Source of the DNA: Candidatus Parcubacteria bacterium
Lineage (GTDB): Bacteria; Patescibacteriota; Minisyncoccia; UBA6257; HR35
DNA: 64,000 bases
Reading direction: 5' to 3'
Assembly: GCA_025999335.1 (NCBI GenBank)
Contig: AP024681.1
Coordinates: 459,547-523,546 of the forward strand
How positions within the stretch are numbered: the first letter of the stretch is position 1; each line of letters opens with the position of its first letter. Below are positions 59,973-64,000 of the stretch, in pieces. A program made the position numbers and the translations under genes. Under the pieces are notes generated by a model, which ran no database searches, was not told the origin of the DNA, and saw only the letters and a program-made list of their open reading frames with translations.

Positions 59973-61059
59973 TAAACTTTATTATCCTTGGATAGGTGGA
60001 GTAGAAACAATTGTTAAACAGATTGCTGAAGGGTTGAATAAAAAAAATAGTTTAGAGATTGATGTTTTGGTTTGTAATGATAAAAATGAAACTGTTATTG
60101 AGGAAATTAATGGAGTGAAAATAATGCGGGTCCAAAGTTTTGGTATATTTTGGAGTATGCCAGTTTCTTTTTATTTCTTAAATTTTTACAGAAAAATTGC
60201 TAAAAATTATGATTTAATATTTTTACACTATCCTTTCCCTTTAGGTTTCGTTGCTTACACTTTGTTTTCAAGAAACAAAAATTTAGTTGTTTGGTATCAT
60301 TCAGATATTGTTAGACAAAAGCTTTTAGAAATTTTCTTTCGTCCATTTCATCTTTATGCTCTTAAAAAATCAAAAAAAATTTTTGTTTCCAATCCTAATT
60401 TAATCAAAAGTTCAGATTATTTAAAAAAATTTAAAGAAAAATGTATAGTTATTCCTTTTGGCATTGATTTAAATTATTTTAGAGAAAATGAAGAAATTAA
60501 AAAAGAAGCCGAAGAAATAAGAAAAAAATTTGGCACCCCTCTTATTCTCTCAATCGGAAGGCTTTCTTATTATAAAGGATTTACCTATTTAATTAGGGCT
60601 AGTAAAGAAATTGAGGGGAAAATTTTAATAATCGGGGAAGGGAAATTGAAAAACAAACTTTTAAGATTGATTAATGATCTCAACTTAGAGAATAAGGTTT
60701 TTATTATCCCACCTGTTAATGACTTAAGACCCTATTATTTAGCTTGTGATATTTTTGTTTTACCATCGATTCATAAATCAGAAGCTTTTGGTATTGTGAT
60801 TTTGGAATCAATGGCTTTTGGGAGGCCAGTAATTTCAACAGAATTAGGAACAGGTACAAGTTGGTTAAATATTAATAATGAAACAGGTTTTGTGGTTCAA
60901 CCTAAAAATGAAAAAGAATTAGTTGAGAAAATTAATTTACTTTTGCATAACAAAGAACTTTGTCAAAGATTTAATCAAAACGTAAAAGAAAGGGTAAGGG
61001 GTTTTTCTTTGGATAATTTTTGGGAAAACTTAAAGAAAGAATTAATATCTATTTTTTAA
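59953..61059 (+). CDS. GT4 glycosyltransferase (mannosyltransferase-like)
   Basis: YYPWIGGVE, YHSDIV, GRLSYYKG, EAFGIVILESM. Confidence 0.9.
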   Translation: MKILQVNKLYYPWIGGVETIVKQIAEGLNKKNSLEIDVLVCNDKNETVIEEINGVKIMRVQSFGIFWSMPVSFYFLNFYRKIAKNYDLIFLHYPFPLGFVAYTLFSRNKNLVVWYHSDIVRQKLLEIFFRPFHLYALKKSKKIFVSNPNLIKSSDYLKKFKEKCIVIPFGIDLNYFRENEEIKKEAEEIRKKFGTPLILSIGRLSYYKGFTYLIRASKEIEGKILIIGEGKLKNKLLRLINDLNLENKVFIIPPVNDLRPYYLACDIFVLPSIHKSEAFGIVILESMAFGRPVISTELGTGTSWLNINNETGFVVQPKNEKELVEKINLLLHNKELCQRFNQNVKERVRGFSLDNFWENLKKELISIF

Positions 61060-61456
61060 ACACTAAAAATCTTGAAAAAAGAAAATTGAAAATATAAACC
61101 AAAGCGCTACTTAAAATTATTGAAAGTAGATAGAAAATTTTAAACCACTCTGTAAATACAAAGACTAAAATTGAGTACAACAAAAGCCCTAGAGTTTGGA
61201 AAGAATAAAAACCAACTAATCTTTTAAAAAATAACTCTCTTTTTGTTTTAAAGGTAATAAAAGCTTGAAAGAAAAAATTAAAAATTAAACTTAAAAGATA
61301 ACTACAAATTGCTGAAAGAAGGTAAAACAATCTTAATTTTTCAGTAAAGATGTAAGCTAAGGATAGATTTATTAAAAGAGCCACCAATCCGCCAATTCCA
61401 TACAAAACAAATTTTTTAAACTCTTCTTTTAATTTCATTTTTGTAAAAGACACCAT
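61049..61456 (-). CDS. gtrA: GtrA family lipid-linked sugar flippase
   Basis: Four TM helices, KFVLYGIGG, NF...F.F pattern; true start may be ATG 61438. Confidence 0.85.
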   Translation of the reverse strand: MVSFTKMKLKEEFKKFVLYGIGGLVALLINLSLAYIFTEKLRLFYLLSAICSYLLSLIFNFFFQAFITFKTKRELFFKRLVGFYSFQTLGLLLYSILVFVFTEWFKIFYLLSIILSSALVYIFNFLFSRFLVFKK

Positions 61457-63576
61457 ACATCAGCACAACCTATAGGTTTAAAACCTTTGTTTATAAAATT
61501 ATTCGCCTCACTTAAATAAAATTCTCCAAGTTGAGGATGGAAAACTATGGCTAATTTTAAACTTTTTAATTTATTTTCATCTTCTAAACATTTTGGAGAA
61601 AGTTGAATATTTTTCCTTAAATACCACATTGCGATTCCACCATAATATAACCCCATTTGATTTTGTCCTAAGCATATTTCATTATGTTTTAATTGATTTT
61701 TTAACTCTTTTAACACCATAATATCTTTCTCGCCTAAAATCGAATATTTATTTATAAAGAAATCTAATTTTTGGTAAGAGAAATAAAAAGCAATAATTAA
61801 TAATAAAGTCGAAACAAAAATTCCTGTATATTTCAATTTTTCATAAAGATAAATAAATAATAAACTATTAAAAACAGCAACGATTGGCAAAAAGAAAACA
61901 ACGCCAAAAGGATGGGTTGACCATTGAAAAAAAACTAAAGTGTTAATAATTGGCATTAAAAGTAAGGGCAAGAAAATTTTATATTTTTTAAAGTAATTGA
62001 AAAGATAAACAAAGAAACCCAAAACACCTAACCAAAGAAAAACTTTACTAAAATTAAGTTCCATTCTTCCATAAATATCTCTAATCCAAGATTGGAAAGA
62101 AGACCTTGCCGCTCTTCCTTTAAAAGCTTCTATTAGATCAATGAAACCATCAAAGCTTCTTAAAATATAGATGTGCAAAAGATTAAGAGCAAAAACAAAA
62201 ATTGAAACAATTGGCAAAACAATTAATAAAATTTTTCTTTCTTTGTTAAATTCTCTTCTTTTGTCAAATAAAAGATAAAACCAAATTGATGCTGGCATAA
62301 AGAAATAAAACCAAGCCATCAAACCTCCTAAAAATATTGAGGCGATCAGAAAATATAAATAAATATTCTTTTTAGAATAATAGTAAAAAATAAAAAGCGC
62401 AAAAGTAATTAAAGCTGTTGGTAGTCCAAAAACAGATAATTCAAAAGTTGTCCCATAATGTATTGTTCCGGGAAGAAAAATAAAAATTAAAGTAATGATG
62501 GTAGGGAGGAGTAAATTTTTAAAAATTTTTTGTAAAGCAAAATAGAAAAATATTATACCGATAATGAACATTAAAAAGATGCCAGCTCTGGTTGTAAGCT
62601 CCGAAATACCAAAAATTTTATAGAGAAAATAAGTTGGCAAAAGGTAAAACATTGGATGGTGAGTATAAAAAGTATCTTCTTTGCTGTTTTTCAATTTTTC
62701 AAAATCAAAATTATCTTTAGTTAAATAGCCATTAACATATTTACCAAATTTCATTTCTAATGGACCAATATTTAACCAATTTAAAACAGCTAAACCGCTT
62801 TCTCCATTTTGATCGGATGTAACATTAATAAAGAGTTTATTAAGATTATTTAAAGCTAATAGAAAATATATTGCCAACAATAAAAGCAAAATAAAACTAT
62901 TAATTTTCCATCCCCAGCCAATCTTATTTTTCAAATCTATTAGAAACTTTATAGTAATTAATCCATGTTTTAAAGGAAAAAGTTTTGATTCGCCTTCGCG
63001 AGGAGAGTAATTGATGTGCGTTTCTTTAAATTTAAATCCAGCTAAAATAGTTTTTATCTTTAATTCTTGAGATAAAGGCATATCACCGGATGCAAGGTTG
63101 ATTTTTTTTAGAATATCTTTTTTGAAAATCATCATACCTGACCAGGAGTCTTTTAAGCTTATATTAAAAAGAAGTTTGACTATAAAATTAAAAAATTTAT
63201 TGCCCCAAATTCTTGAAAAGCTAAGTGCATTTTTATTTTGCAAAGGAAATCTTGAACAATTTAAAAAATCTAAATTGTTTTTCTCAAAATAATCTACTAA
63301 TTCTAAAATTTTTTCTCCAGGATATTGACCATCAGCATCTAAAGTAACAATAACATCTCCTTTTGCTTCTCGAAAACCTTTTTGCAGTGCATAGCCATAA
63401 CCTTGTTTTGTTTCTTTGATAACTCGAGCACCTAATTTTTTAGCAATATTCGCTGTTTTATCAGTTGAATTGTTATCTACAACAATAATTTCGAACACCT
63501 CTTTAGGTATTTTTTCAATTGTTTTGGCTATGCCTTTTTCTTCGTTGTAGGCAGGAATTATTACTGATATTTTCAT
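61435..63576 (-). CDS. Fusion of polyprenol-phosphate sugar synthase (GT2) and multi-TM GT-C type glycosyltransferase
   Basis: N-terminal VIIPAYNEE, VDNNSTD, DADGQY, REGESKL; C-terminal Y.HHP, G.SE...R and ~10 TM helices. Confidence 0.8.
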   Translation of the reverse strand: MKISVIIPAYNEEKGIAKTIEKIPKEVFEIIVVDNNSTDKTANIAKKLGARVIKETKQGYGYALQKGFREAKGDVIVTLDADGQYPGEKILELVDYFEKNNLDFLNCSRFPLQNKNALSFSRIWGNKFFNFIVKLLFNISLKDSWSGMMIFKKDILKKINLASGDMPLSQELKIKTILAGFKFKETHINYSPREGESKLFPLKHGLITIKFLIDLKNKIGWGWKINSFILLLLLAIYFLLALNNLNKLFINVTSDQNGESGLAVLNWLNIGPLEMKFGKYVNGYLTKDNFDFEKLKNSKEDTFYTHHPMFYLLPTYFLYKIFGISELTTRAGIFLMFIIGIIFFYFALQKIFKNLLLPTIITLIFIFLPGTIHYGTTFELSVFGLPTALITFALFIFYYYSKKNIYLYFLIASIFLGGLMAWFYFFMPASIWFYLLFDKRREFNKERKILLIVLPIVSIFVFALNLLHIYILRSFDGFIDLIEAFKGRAARSSFQSWIRDIYGRMELNFSKVFLWLGVLGFFVYLFNYFKKYKIFLPLLLMPIINTLVFFQWSTHPFGVVFFLPIVAVFNSLLFIYLYEKLKYTGIFVSTLLLIIAFYFSYQKLDFFINKYSILGEKDIMVLKELKNQLKHNEICLGQNQMGLYYGGIAMWYLRKNIQLSPKCLEDENKLKSLKLAIVFHPQLGEFYLSEANNFINKGFKPIGCADVWCLLQK

Positions 63577-63640
63577 TGATTAATTATAAAATAAAAATTA
63601 ATTTTTAATTTTCATTATTTTATTTTAGCAAAGTTAATTA

Positions 63641-64000
63641 TTAAAAAAGTTTATGTTTTCTAAGCCAATGTTTTATAGCTTTTTCCACTAATTTAGAGCT
63701 TGAATTAATTTTGCCACCCCCAACGCCAAAAACCATTTTACAACCTATTTTTTTGCAAACCTTAACTTCAGGAATATTTTTTCTTGTGCGATCGCCACCA
63801 TTAACGAAAATGTCAGGCGTTAATTTTAAAAGTTCTTGAGACACGCTCATATCTTTAGGATGGCGAGGGTGTTTAGTCAAAATCACTTTATCAACCCATT
63901 TAATTGATCCAATTAAAGCTTTTCTGTCTTTTTGGGGTATTAAAACATATCCCTTTTTAGCCTTTAGCCAATTATCATTATTTAAAATAACAACTAATTC
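63641..64000 (-). CDS. Cytidylyltransferase-like nucleotidyltransferase (5' end outside window)
   Basis: Reverse translation LVVILNNDNWLKAKKG...R...IKWVD...PDIFVNGGDR...KINSSS. Confidence 0.8.
   Translation of the reverse strand, partial: ELVVILNNDNWLKAKKGYVLIPQKDRKALIGSIKWVDKVILTKHPRHPKDMSVSQELLKLTPDIFVNGGDRTRKNIPEVKVCKKIGCKMVFGVGGGKINSSSKLVEKAIKHWLRKHKLF

Noticed and set aside
1-64000. Alternative genetic code (TGA = Gly/Trp)
   Set aside because: Long conserved genes have no internal TGA, and TGA ends polX, pilT and the aminotransferase at expected lengths

Overview
Very AT-rich bacterial chromosome segment in standard genetic code 11 (TGA ends well-conserved genes). The gene content points to a Patescibacteria/CPR organism, most likely Parcubacteria. 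This is inference, based on a type IV pilus/competence cluster without a secretin, a short IF-2, a GAD-less AspRS, an alpha2-type GlyRS and CPR-style membrane-anchored fibre proteins. The window holds housekeeping genes (folD, glyS, recO, rplI, gatC, infB, rplY, miaA, fmt, def, aspS, two tRNAs), comF-pilMNO-pilB-pilT-pilC-pilD plus a distant pilin, and three tandem tail-fibre-like surface proteins, one carrying 12 Kelch repeats. It also has a glycogen-type cluster (GT4, GH57, GT3, debranching enzyme), a secreted beta-propeller with cysteine loops and a surface-glycan locus at the right end. The most notable unannotated signal is at 45831-45980: an extended -10 promoter, a 26-codon leader ORF and mutually exclusive antiterminator/terminator hairpins, i.e. 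a trp/ilv-type ribosome-mediated attenuator. It precedes a tightly coupled operon of ribA, two peptidases, an orphan protein, a glucosidase and a class IV aminotransferase. No CRISPR array, rRNA, transposase or integrase was seen. All calls come from motif recognition by eye; no searches were run.
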